A DNA stretch of 64,000 nt from Phallusia mammillata (taxonomy: Eukaryota): the NCBI GenBank assembly GCA_965637545.1, contig OZ281496.1:6696001-6760000 (forward strand), given 5' to 3'. The notes under the pieces are model-generated. The model ran no database searches. It had not been told where the DNA came from and saw only the letters and a list, made by a program, of their open reading frames with translations. This document shows, one piece after another, positions 26,169-38,269 of the stretch (its first letter is position 1; the number at the start of each line of letters is the position of its first letter). The position numbers and the translations under genes are program-made.

Positions 26169-29100
26169 ATGAATTATGGTGGTGTTAATATTGATGCTAA
26201 TGCCTATGAAACTATTCAGATGAACGAAGGACAAAATCATCATGTTCCAGGTAATAAAGTAACGCCAGGTAAATGTCTATAAAGTTAATGTATAAAATTA
26301 GTTTGATTGTATTTTTTGCAAACCTACAACAAATAGTTAAAACTGAACAAGATAAATTGGTAATAGTCCATTCAACAAAACTTAAATCTACGTGATACCT
26401 TTATTTGATGATCACTTCTAACACTTAACTGCAAAATGTTTTGGTCTCTGGCTAATCATGTATCTTGTATTAATCAAGCAGAATTCTGGGAAACATCCTC
26501 AAATGTGTATGAAAAACCTATATCAAAGTTTCATAGAGAAAATGGCGATACATCAAGTACCCCAGGTGCATTTGTGCAAGAATATGGTAAGGTTTTTCTG
26601 AAAAAGTTTATCGAAATCCTAATATCGTTAAACATTTTTACTTGAACTCAGAAAATGTTAAAATACAATCCAAAAGAAGTGAAAAAAAGTGTGTGCAAAA
26701 ACCAAGCTTCTCTAAACTAAGTATTATGTTGGTGTGTGTGATTGTAATCCTTGCTGCTTTGGCGATAGTTTTCGGAATGTTTTATTTCATGAAAGACCAG
26801 GTGTGTAGTGTTTGTTTAGTCAAAAAGAATATGCAATTTTTTATGCAACAACATTTTTTGCTTCAGAACGAAAGGGAAAAAGTTAATGAAAGTAAGTCAT
26901 ATATTCGAAGAGATCCTTTTCAAGATTTTTAACTTTCTTGGGGTTAATAAATTGGTTCAAAAGTAGTAACATTACCGAATTTGAGAAACAAGATCTGAAA
27001 ATTAAGGACATTTTATGAAAAGTAGTAAAAATTCACAAAGCTGTCCAAGGGATCGTAATGTTAGTTTCACAAATTTGCTCAGAAACTCACGGTATAGTTT
27101 TTTCATGGATATTTAATTCCTCATTGTTTTCTTATACGTTTGCAAATATCATTTGCATAGCACCAAGGACAACTGGACGAACAAGTTTAAACACAACTGA
27201 GTATGTGACAACAAAACCCACTTTTGGTAAAGTTATATAGTTGTTGTTTGTATATTCAGTTTAATTTGTGTTGACAAATTATTTTTTCAGCATCACAGAC
27301 CACTGGTCAAACAGCTTTGAACAGAACTAAATATGTGACAACAAAGAAACCATTTGGTAAAGATGTATAGTTGCTTCAAAATGCGGTTCAATTTTAGTGT
27401 TGACAAATTATTATTTTAGCACCGCTGACAACTGGACAAATAAAGTTTAACACAACTGAATCACTACCAGCCGCAAAATCACCGCTTGGTACTTTCCCTA
27501 ACCCTGCCCGTTCATGTGTAGAACTGAGAGATTCTGGATTCAAAGATGGAATCTACGTCATTAAAACGTCACTAAAATCGTTTGAGGTATTTTTCAAATC
27601 ATTGAGGTATTTTTCAAATCAAGTCTTTATTTTTTTATCATTGTTTAAACATGTTTCTCAAACCTTACGTTTTAAACTTATGAGATATGCAACAAATGTT
27701 TTGTAAACTACTTGCTAAAAGGCTTTCTTTAAGAGAAACCAGTTATTATTTTTTTTAGTATTTGGAATGCAGATAATCAATGCAGAAGTGTGTGAAAAAA
27801 ATGAAAAATAAAAACAAATGTGGAAAATGATAGAAATACAGAAATTTATCTTGAATTTTCGAAAATGATTTAGTTTTTTCTTGCATTTAGGTTTACTGTG
27901 ACATGATAGCTGCTGGTGGTGGATGGATTCTCGCGGCAACCATTAACAATAATAATTTTAATACGACTGGGGCTAATGGTGGATCATGGTTTCTTATGAC
28001 GTCAAACAATCACCAAAATTACTTGAGTAAATTTAACAATGTGACACAAATTGCAACAGCGTTTCAAAATTTTAATAATTCCAGATTATCAAAACTCGAT
28101 GAACACAAATACATTCGGAACATTTGACAATTGTACAAGATCAGATTTCAAAAGTCAAGCTTATTCTGAATATCAGGTAAATATTATGTGCTGTAAAAAT
28201 GTGGTATATTTTTTACAACGGGAAATTTCCAGGGAAAAGACATTATGTTACGTCACGTTCTAAACCAAACACCACTGGGAGCCAGCAGAGAGCAAGTTTT
28301 TTTGCAATATCAAACGGAGAACGGTTTTATGAAAGATTATGGAGGAAATTTGCACAATTTGTTTAATAATCATTATCCATTGAAACCAACAAGTGGTAAT
28401 ATACTTAAGCTTGCCATAATTTGTTCTTGACAGTGGTTGTCATATTGTTTTTTATTTTTCTGTAAACAAAGCATATTACGCATACAAAGTAAAGAATCAT
28501 TTTTGGTAACAAACAACAATAAATACAAATTAGTCATATCGAGTATTCGTAAGCGAGTATGTTAACAATTGTCTTTGGAAAGATAGTTTATTTGATTGCA
28601 CTTCTGAAACACCTTATTTATTTCTTACACTTTACTTTTGTTCTATTTTCAGTTTTTTACCCCAAAATAAATTTGATGTTGGATCGATTTGTAGCACAAT
28701 CTTCAGAAATCCGAAACCGCATCTCTGATTTCTATTATTATGATTATAGTATTCATTCAAGCGGGCTATTCGATAGTAATGTTTATTCGTCTCACGGAAT
28801 GCAGGTAAGTTATCTGCATGACCGTCTTTTTGTGGAATTACAAACAACAAGTTTTTACACAGGTGTCATCTAGCACAACTCAGTCTTGCTATCCAAGCTC
28901 GTATAAAGCAAATTGTCAATTAGGGAGTTTTCGATATGGGTTGGATTATACGTAAGTCAAATATTGCTTTTGGTTTTCCGGTTTGCTGGTTTCACGTCAA
29001 CACTTACTTTTTCGAAACTAAAAAGATGCGACCTTGGCAATATGTTTCGATCAAGCCGCAAAACGCACCCCTTCATTGCTTTGTTTGCTGTGGGAAACTT

Positions 29101-30582
29101 TGATCATTGCTTTTCCAACATAAACCTTTGGGTAAAGAAATACTGCATTAACAATTTGTCTCAATAAATCCCATTGTATGTTTGATATGTTCAGGTTTTA
29201 TCTTTTCGACCGAATACAGATTCAATACATTTGTACAAAGGAAATCAAACTCTCAACAATTTCTTTTTACATTATGAAGCACAATGTAGATATGGGTCGT
29301 CACATGCCAGCTTGTGTGATGTTTGGTTTTACGTCATTAACACCGGAGTAAGCAGCGTTCTTGTATGTGTTTGATCTTGTTTTCGCAAATGCCATAACCA
29401 AACCATTTTTATACCATTTCGGTAATATATGAACATTTTATGCAACTCCATCAGATTCGTTTAAGTAGTATTAAATTACTTTCAAATTCTAATCATCTCT
29501 TTTTTGCTCTTTGTCACGTAGAATTGGAATTCATCTGCAGCGCCAACTACAGAACCGTACAAAATAACACATTCATCACACTATTATTTTGGATGGAGAA
29601 TTCGTGAAGCTGTATCTAACACACTTTTTGGTTACACAATGGTTTCAAGGTAAACCGTTTTAGCTGAATGTTGTGTGTAAAACTGACTTAGACATCGTAA
29701 TATTTTCTATTGCATATGACTTTATTGACATGTTTAGGAAAAATGGAATTTTGATACCTAAAACAGAGTTCAACGCTTTTATTTACAAAACACTTGAAAT
29801 TATTTCAGAGACAGACAACTTTTGTGAGTATCAGAAGTTTGAAATAGCTAATACCCTTTGTTTAAATTTAAAGTTAATTGCCATGCAAATATAAGTTTAT
29901 TGATTTTTTTTAATTCCCTTTTTTCAATTTACCAGTGAGTTTCCAAATTATTTTTTAAATCTTACTTGCATGTACATTAAATAGCTAAAGCTTTTCGATA
30001 CTTTTTCTCACTTCAGGTCCGAATTGTTTCTATGATGATGACGTACTTTCAGTACCAGTTCATTTTTCCACTGGAAACGATTCAGTGGTTAACTCGATGC
30101 TGCCACCAAGTGTTAAACCTCTACCGACCGGTTTTGTTCAGTTTCGTGCTTATGGAAGAACTGGTAGCGCCTACGCAATGTGCCCTGCTGTGAAGTAAGT
30201 CGCTTTTTTGGTAAACTGTTTAAAACATACATTTACAGTAATCGATTTAAAGATTTGTAGTTTCATGATGTGCCTAAACTAAACAAATTGAATTATTTAT
30301 CTATTTTCTGAATTTTTTAGAGTGAACGATTGGAGAAGCGAATTTGTGTGTATCGGAGGAATGAAGAATCCAGATACTTCCTATTTGGATGACTGCAATG
30401 ATTTTACAAGTAAATTACCATTTAGTGCCCTTGTCCATTAAACATTTTTTAACTTGTAAACTTTTCAATTAAACCCAGATTGGAACGGAATGCCGAATAC
30501 TGTAGTCCAAGAAGTTACTCCAGTTGATTATTCTCATTCTCAGAGAGATTTGGATTCGACAATTATGATATTTTATCGATAA
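26169..30582 (+). CDS. Intelectin-like gene copy C, complete: type II transmembrane intelectin with Thr-rich stalk and inserted module
   Basis: ATG 26169 MNYGGVNIDANAYETIQ..; exon 26479-26586; TM exon 26652-26800 (SIMLVCVIVILAALAIVFGMFYFM); 25-nt exon 26867-26891; stalk exons at 27161, 27291 and 27420; then all intelectin and insert exons to ..STIMIFYR* (TAA 30580-30582). Every intron is GT-AG, phases are consistent, and no stops were found. Confidence 0.9.
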
Positions 30583-32134
30583 ACACGATGAGTTGACAAA
30601 CTGTAAATTGTTTAAGTCGCTTTTTTGGTTGGTTCACTGTACATATATGATGAACTGATTTATTTTTTCTGATGTGTTTCCAATCCTTAAAATTAAAATG
30701 TTTCAACCCGTATTTACTTACCTATACTTGAATCTGTGTTACAGTAATTAAATTATTTCACGAACTTTTTTTCTCGTGATATAATGTTGTTACCATGAGA
30801 ATTTATCGTTAAGTTTGTCACAGTTTATCACGTCCCGTTACAGTTCATAGTAAATACTTACATCTGCAGTGTATTTTCTACATCCTCAAATTTAATTGTA
30901 TAATACTATCTTTCTTGTGATTGTAGACCTGTTATTTGCATAAATTAATGTTTATTATTTAAATTGCCTGAACCAAACTATATGAAGTGGTTTGTAGACC
31001 ATTAATTTTTTTTTCAAACCAGCATCATGTGTGGGCAGATGATAAACATTTCGAACAGCCAGGCTAGGTACATAAAACGTCCTACTTCGTATTTGCCTGC
31101 GTTTTGGATCCTTTTCCTCTTATTGCCTCATACAAAATATTTAAAAAATTGATTGCATATTAATTAAACGCAAAAAAGTATTTATCGGAATGGTCACGTG
31201 TTTGATCAATACAAAATAGCAGCTTCAGTATACCACGTGCAATTGGTTGCTTGTTGAATGCTCATGCAAAAACGATGCCATACTTAACATTGAAAACAGT
31301 AGTTATGGCGTCACAAATGTGACGATATATTTTTTCCATTAGTTCCTGTGTGTTAACAAGATTTATGTTGAACGGTTTTTAACTTCGTATTGGCATGCAG
31401 GTCAAAGAGTGTATTTATGCTTGTTATATATTCAACCGTATTACGGCCGTGTTTATTGTTTCCCACCAGAGTGATTGATTATAATCATTATATAATATAT
31501 TGATACATTATATTGATTATATAATAATTATTTGCTTGCTCGTAAAAGACGCCACCCACCCTTTTCCACTCGACCAGCCAAACACGTATGAGAAGCGGTT
31601 AAATTAAGACTCTAGTCAGCACACGCATAGTACATTCTTGCATAAACAACATTTGCGACCGAACGCGTATAAATTAAAACTTCGGTGTACATGTTAAACC
31701 GGCTAAAATTTATTCTCCACTGTATGACAAAACAATAATTTAGAATGCATATAGTGTAATTAGCTGTCTGTTACGTTTTGTTCTTGGTATTGCAAGCAAA
31801 TGGTCAGGAAGTTTCAAACAGCCACTTGTTTGTCAGTACCGTTTTGGGTCACATTAGATCAAAACCAGTAGCTCGCAGTAAGTAAACGAGTTTCTGGGTG
31901 TATTAAAATAAAACCAACTACACTTGGAACCAACTAGCAACTCCTGCAAAACACGTTGTCCAAAATGTTGTATTAATTAATAGACGGGTATTGTTTCTTT
32001 GCTTCCCACAGTAGACGTTACTACCTTTAAATAAAATGCCCACTGTTTGTTGGAGAATGCATGCGTTAAAATAAAACTCTAGTGTTCAAATTATACACAT
32101 ACTTTTGTTTTTTTAATTTCTGGAATAAACACCG

Positions 32135-32165
32135 ACTGGGACATATTGCCAAAAACCTTGCTGAA
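32135..32165 (+). pseudogene. Short remnant of the intelectin last exon
   Basis: ACTGGGACATATTGCCAAAAACCTTGCTG (WDILPKTLL) versus copy B ACTGGGACGGATTGCCGAAAACCTTGTTG (WDGLPKTLL). Confidence 0.6.
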
Positions 32166-32893
32166 GTATTATATTGTTTGTCCGTTGAGCTCCATTGGAA
32201 TCCATGTACAGTTCGCAATAATGCGATAATCTAACTTTTAATTCCTGTATACATAAGTATAATCGTTTAATGAATAGCCAATATACTTCAATTTGATAAG
32301 TTTGTTGACATGTTGATTAATTGTGCTTTGTTGTTGGTTATATAAGTTACAAATATTTAAAATCGGCCGTTTAACGAAAAATACCCAGATATAGCGGCCA
32401 TGATACACTATATACATTCACATTGAATACATTCTCGTTAGCTTTTATTTAAGTATTTTGAGGAAATTTTAGATTGATAATTATCAAGTAAATTATATTT
32501 TAATAAGCTTCGCATTGCGAATATTATGAGATGAGTTGAACAAAATGTTTGCAAAAGTCGAATGCTTGTAAATATTTTCTGGTCCTCTCACGCTTTTAGG
32601 ACTTAACAAATGCATACTGTTGCTTTTTAAAGTCGAAAGCCAAACTCGGCAATAAACCAACAAGCACTGGCTGCGACGTCGACCGCTTATTGTAAAAAAG
32701 CAACTTTGTCACGTGTGTTCGAAAGGTATTGGTTGTTTTTCACATTGGCGACAGTGAGACGTATTGTTTCAGGTTAAAGTCACACAAACATCGCTCAAAA
32801 AATAATAAACATATAAGTTTTTATTAAAGCACTGGAGAAAGCATTTTGATTTTACCAGCGCCAGTGGACTGTGTTCGATTAGTGGTTTTATAA

Positions 32894-33411
32894 ATGACGC
32901 TTGTAATCGGATACGATGGAAAAGGAAAGTGTTGCACAGCTGACTGCCGCATTGTGAAGCCAGTTGAAGTCGGTTAGCTCAACACTTCAGTCGAGAATTA
33001 TACTGTAGTGAATCGCATAAGCATTTGTTCTGTTTAAACGACATTTGTTTGGTTCTGTAAATGTTCTAATGTGCCGACGAGTTTGTTTTGGCAAAGCAAG
33101 TCAAGAAATGTCAACCAAAGTTTCGATTGTTTATTGAGACGCAATACAATTTATTTTATGTTAGCAGGCATGTTTTAACATAACAACGCTTTTAGCCTAA
33201 CCGTTTACTAAATTTGACGTGAATGTGACAGTGGCCTAATTTGCCCACATCAGATTATGTTTTGTTAAAGTTGGTGACCCACCATTTAGTTTGGCATAGT
33301 TTCGATCCAATGAGGCTTGTAATCAGACACACTGGAAGAGAAGACTGTTACACAGCTGACTGCCACATCGCATGGCAAGTTGATACTGGTTGGTTTATAT
33401 CGTCAGTTTAG
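32894..33411 (+). repeat. Two copies of the dispersed repeat associated with the zinc-finger arrays (32894-32977, 33310-33411)
   Basis: Share ATGACGCTTGTAATC..TGCACAGCTGACTGCC with copies at 35039, 40880, 50601 and 7048. Confidence 0.8.
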
Positions 33412-33885
33412 AATTACGATTTGCAGATAATTAATCGCTTCAATTCGTATTTTGTTTATATGGCCGATATTTAGTTAAAAAAACATTATAATGCGCTGCA
33501 GAGTTTAATTTGAGTGTTGAGATTTAATAGAATTTAGTTACTCTTATACTTGATATGTTTACTGAGTGTTTCGCATTTCGGTCAATACAACACAGTAGTT
33601 TTGAGCAGTGCATTTTAGCTTCACACAGGTTGTTGGAAATTTGTAGTATGGCGAAAGTATAACTATACCCATACTTCCAAGGTTACATTCTAGGACGGAG
33701 TAAGTTTGTTCAAATAATTTGTGTTAAACAAGTTTAAACATTATATTCCTTTTTTAAAAACTTATGAACAAAAAAGCATCTAAAATAATAGTGAAAATCC
33801 TAACTTCTTGTTTCACCTCATAACTTAGTACTGGTAAGTTAGATAGAACAATTTATTGAAATGTCGGAACAAGAAATTTGCAGAG

Positions 33886-34976
33886 ATGAAGTTTAAGCAT
33901 TTTGACTTCGAGCAAAGTGGTATTTGTGGTAAAAGGCTTCTTGAAGGTGGAAATGTAAAAAGACATATGCTGACACCAAGCATGGAGAAACATCATCGAT
34001 GTGATGTTTGTGAAAAAAAATTTAAACAACGTTTAAATTTGAAACGACACATCTTGACCCACACCAAAGAAAAACCTCATCGATGTGATGTTTGTGAAAA
34101 ACAGTTTGCTCGTGGCGGGATTTTGAAAAGACACATGTTGACTCACACAAAAGAAAAACCTCATCAAAGTGATGTTTGTAGAAAAAGCTTTGCTCGTAGT
34201 GGAAATTTGAAAAACCACATGTTGACTCACACCAAAGAAAAACCTCATCGATGCGTATGCAAGATTTAAAACACACATTTTAAACCATTTAAAAGAGAAA
34301 ACACATCGATGTGTGAAAAAAGGTTTGATCGTCGTGGAGATTTGAAAACGCACATGTTGACCCACGCGAATGCGAAACCACATCGATGTGATGTTTGTGA
34401 AAAGATATTCCGTGTCATTTCAAAATTGAAAAGGCACATGTTGACTCACACTAAAGGGAAACCACATCGTTGTGGTACTTGTGATAAAAAAAATTTGCCC
34501 AACGTGGAAGTTTGAAAACCCACATGTTGATTCACACTAGAAAGAAACCTTATCGATGCTATGTTTGTGATAAAACATTTACCCAATCTGGAAATTTGAA
34601 AAGACATATGTTTACTCACATTGAAATGAAGGTCCATCGATGTGATGTTTGTGAAAAGTCATTCAATGTTATTTTAAGTTTGAAAAGACACATGTTGACT
34701 CACACTAAAGAGAAACCATATCGATGTGTTGTTTGTGAAAAGACATTCAATGATAGTTCACATTTGAAAACACACATGTTGACTCACACCAAAGAGAAAC
34801 CTCATCGGTGTAATGTCTGTGAAAAAAACTTTAGTGTCATTTCAACTTTGAAAACACACATGTTGACCCACACCAAAGAGAAACCACATCGATGTGATAC
34901 TTGTGAACAAAGATTTACCCAAAGTGGACATTTGAAAACCCACACGCTGATTCAAACTAAAGAGAAACCACATTGA
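33886..34976 (+). pseudogene. C2H2 zinc-finger array ZF1, frameshifted
   Basis: About ten CxxC-12-HxxxH fingers with TKEKPHR linkers spread over three frames (ORFs 33856-34269, 34309-34515, 34512-34976). Ends in a CGA-to-TGA stop. Confidence 0.88.
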
Positions 34977-35614
34977 TGTGTCGTTTGTGAAAAGACATTC
35001 AATGATAGTTCAAATTTGACAGTTTTGGACTAAGATAAGTGACGCTTGTAATCGGACATGTTAAAAAAGGAAATTTTTGCACAGCTGACTGTCACAGTAT
35101 TATGCAGATAGAAAGTCGCGTTTATTCTCTTTAATTAAAATAAACTCGGTTGAAAACAAAAATTCAACAACAGCAAAGATAGCAATGGAAGGTACATCGT
35201 TTTGACGTCGTGACGTAGCTGTTCTTGCATCCGCTTTGTAACTTTTTTCTTCTGCGAAAGAACTTTAATATCTTCGATACCAATATGCTTGTAACTCGTT
35301 CAATTGGTAGATCACATTATTTTTGCCAATCTACTCTGTTGTGTTTCTTTGTATTGTTCGTTCAAAGAGTAACATAGAATGAGTCACGAATAAACGACAC
35401 AAGCATTTATAGTTGGGATAATTACCAATTTACATAGCACACACGAAACACTACAGAGAAAACAGTAATGATGTTGGACAATTACCGAATCACGTGACTG
35501 TGGAATGCTGGTACGCGATTCACTGTCTTAAGAAAAGCCCACGAAGCGCAACCACAACAGATACTATACAGGTATTCATAATAGTTTTTATTTTAGAAAA
35601 AAATTATTAGGAGT

Positions 35615-35810
35615 TCTGTGGTTAAGTCGAATCTGCCACCAACGGTAAAACTGTTTTTTTTTTCAGTTTCGTGCTAAATTTTGCACCTACATTTGTTTTG
35701 TTTCATTATTTTTGTAATAATCGCAGACTGGGACAATTTGGCCTAAACCTTGCACGACAGACTCCAGTAAATTATGCTCATTCTAAGAGAGTTGTTATTT
35801 CAACAACTAG
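35615..35810 (+). pseudogene. Intelectin 3' remnants (part of the GFVQFR exon and the last exon)
   Basis: SVVKSNLPPTVKL..CAGTTTCGTGCT (QFRA) versus SVVNSMLPPSVKP..QFRA. Then CAG|AC TGG GAC..TPVNYAHSKR versus TPVDYAHSQR, with a stop and a deletion. Confidence 0.75.
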
Positions 35811-36249
35811 ACATTCTTCCGGAATTCCATAATCCATGTGTTCTTTGCAACAATGCAACAGACAAAATAAGCGACAAAAAATTGTAATGATGTTTTGAAT
35901 TTTAATTTCTGTAGGCTTAAGTATATTTTTTTCTAAGCTACTTTTGTTTGGTTCATAAAATGTAAATTCTTTTGTTGTTGTTTTGATTTGATACGTTTGT
36001 GAACATGTTCATTATTTGATGATTTAGTCATGCTTTGTTGCTGATGAACGGATTTATACAACTTGTTAATAAAAATACAACGACGTGTTAATAAAAATAC
36101 ACAGACGTGTGGGCCATGATTAATTTAAGTAATTTGCCTTCTTTAATTAATTAGCAAATAAACACGTTTTGTTTGATGAATATACGTTAATTGGATGAAT
36201 TGCCTCGCCCTCGTTACATTTTTCGTGGGATTGTGTTGGGTAAAGCATG

Positions 36250-37450
36250 AAGGCTAAGAAGATCAAATCAAATGCAGGACGACTACATGCCAAGCCTGGA
36301 AAGACTTCGAGAAGTGCCACCGTTCCGGTTTTCCTGCATTAATCACGGAGCAATGTTTGGAAGTAGCAAGAAAATGGGTACAGCGTCTCGCGCCGCCTAA
36401 AGAAAAAGCAGACCAACATAGAATAGCTTGGGCTACATCGTTTCCACGGCTTCTCACGTTTACCACGAAAGAAAGGAATCTACAACCGCTCGCTAAAATC
36501 GTTTACAAAAATGCTTTAACCATCGGGAATGTTCTTACCAACTACAGAGGCTTGGCACATGGACGTATGAAACAAATTGCCACCGGCCAATCGCGTCCAT
36601 GCAAAAAGTGCGCGTTGTGCGGAAACCATAGCGTACATAAGGCGATGGTGTATGAGCAGTGTAATTTTGCCACACGCGGCAAAGATATTAGATTAAAACA
36701 GGTGCTGAACTGCAAAAACTATGCTGTGTATGCGGCCACTTGCCGCATGAGTAAAGAACAATACATCGGGCAATCAAAAAACCGTTTTAGCACCCGATGG
36801 AACCACCATAGATCGGTATGGAAAGAACATGTTATTAAAGAAGGTAACGATAATGCAGCGCTGTTGCGCCATTACGAAGTTAAACACCCTGAATTCTTCG
36901 CCACCTATCCCGATATTGCAGAGTGTTTTTGTGTCACGTTTTTAGAACAGCCGCCTTTTAAAGACTTGGACGCTTGTGAAGCCAAGTGGCTTAAAATTAA
37001 AGCTACTATTAACATTCAAAAAATGGTTTTGCCCAGGGTGCGATAACATCATTTTATTATTTTATATATTTTTTTATTTCTTTTACTGGTTTTTAACGGT
37101 TTTATTTGATTTTTCATTTGAATTGGGTTGTTTGTTTGTGTCCACTCCAGAGTTTTTTCGTTGCCCCTGGACTAGACGGTTATCTCGTCTCTCCGCTTTT
37201 CCTCCTTTTTTATCAGGTTGCACTGTTCCCTTGTCGCTTGTTGCAGTGTGTGCCTTTGGTGTAGCTTAGACGCAGTTCTGTTGCAGATCTTGCATAGTTA
37301 GCAAGGGCTTGTAGCAGGTTGCCGTTTCTCTTTGATGTGGTTAATATGTATTTAGTTCATTGCTTGGTTTGTCTTACTTTTACACCCGTTGTTTCACAGA
37401 ACGACTGAAGATGCCCTTTTGGGGTGAAATATATATCGTTTAACAACTTT
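36250..37450 (+). mobile_element. 5'-truncated Penelope-like element, family A (thumb, Cys linker, GIY-YIG; ORF 36357-37046)
   Basis: CKKCALCGNH linker, CKNYAVYAATC..YIGQSKNRFSTRWNHH GIY-YIG domain, T-rich 3' tail with a hammerhead motif. Paralogous to 59093-60547. Confidence 0.9.
37400..37440 (+). ncRNA. Minimal type I hammerhead ribozyme motif
   Basis: AACGA CUGAAGA U GCCC-UUUUG-GGGU GAAA UAUA UA UCGUU: stem I AACGA/UCGUU, conserved core, palindromic loop III. Confidence 0.75.
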
Positions 37451-37479
37451 GTTGACTGATTTTGATTAGGAAGCACTGT

Positions 37480-38080
37480 TGCTTCGTCAATTATTCTTAC
37501 TTTAGCGATATGATTAAAAGGTTTACTTGGGCTGAAAGTTGTGGAGAGTGTGCAATGCTTTGTAGAGAGTGCGATCTCAATCTCAACGATTTACATCGGC
37601 GATACGGGGCGGTCTTTGAATACGCGCCGAAAAGAACACAAAAGGAATGTTGCAAAGAAAGATGAAAAATTAGATATTAGCAAAACATGCTACTGTCCAT
37701 AATCGCACCAATAACTTTTCTGCTGCCTAGGTGTTAGATAGGGAAACCGACGTTCACAAGCGAGGTTTCCTAGGATCGCGGAAAATACCTTTTCACACCA
37801 ACATGATAAACGTTAAAACGGACGACGTTCTAATGCCGATAACTTCGCTTTTGCACCATTGATCTAGGTGTTATGAGATTATCACTCGACCATTGCGTTT
37901 TCACCACCGCGTTTGTGTGTGTTTTACCACCATTGTTGCTATATAACAACTTTGTCTCGAATTATTTGTCATTATCCTGATGATGGTGTCTCGTATGGGA
38001 CATCGAAACGTCGGCATATTATAATAATAAACTGCTGGAGCAGCTAAAAATTTGTTATTGTGTAGTATGTTTCACCTTAT
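37480..38080 (+). mobile_element. Degenerate Penelope-like element, family B (GIY-YIG end plus 3' tail)
   Basis: Homologous to 56200-56720 and, inverted, to 54760-55370. Hammerhead-like CCUGAUGAUGGUGUC..GACAUCGAAACGUCGG at 37976-38014. Confidence 0.8.
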
Positions 38081-38269
38081 CACGCATGTTGTTGGAATTT
38101 TTAGTAAGTTATGATATATATATATATATATCTGTGCTTTTACGTTCTGAAACGTAACAAATTTTGTCATTTATATTTGTGTAAAATAATTTTTAATTAA
38201 TATTCCAGTGTTTCAAACGGATCAACGACGAACCATCTAACATAATTGTGTACATCCTAACACCTTGTT

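Noticed and set aside
27583-27620. 20-bp tandem duplication copying the GAG|GTATTT donor in copy C
   Set aside because: Real but trivial; the second donor would be out of frame and the first is intact.
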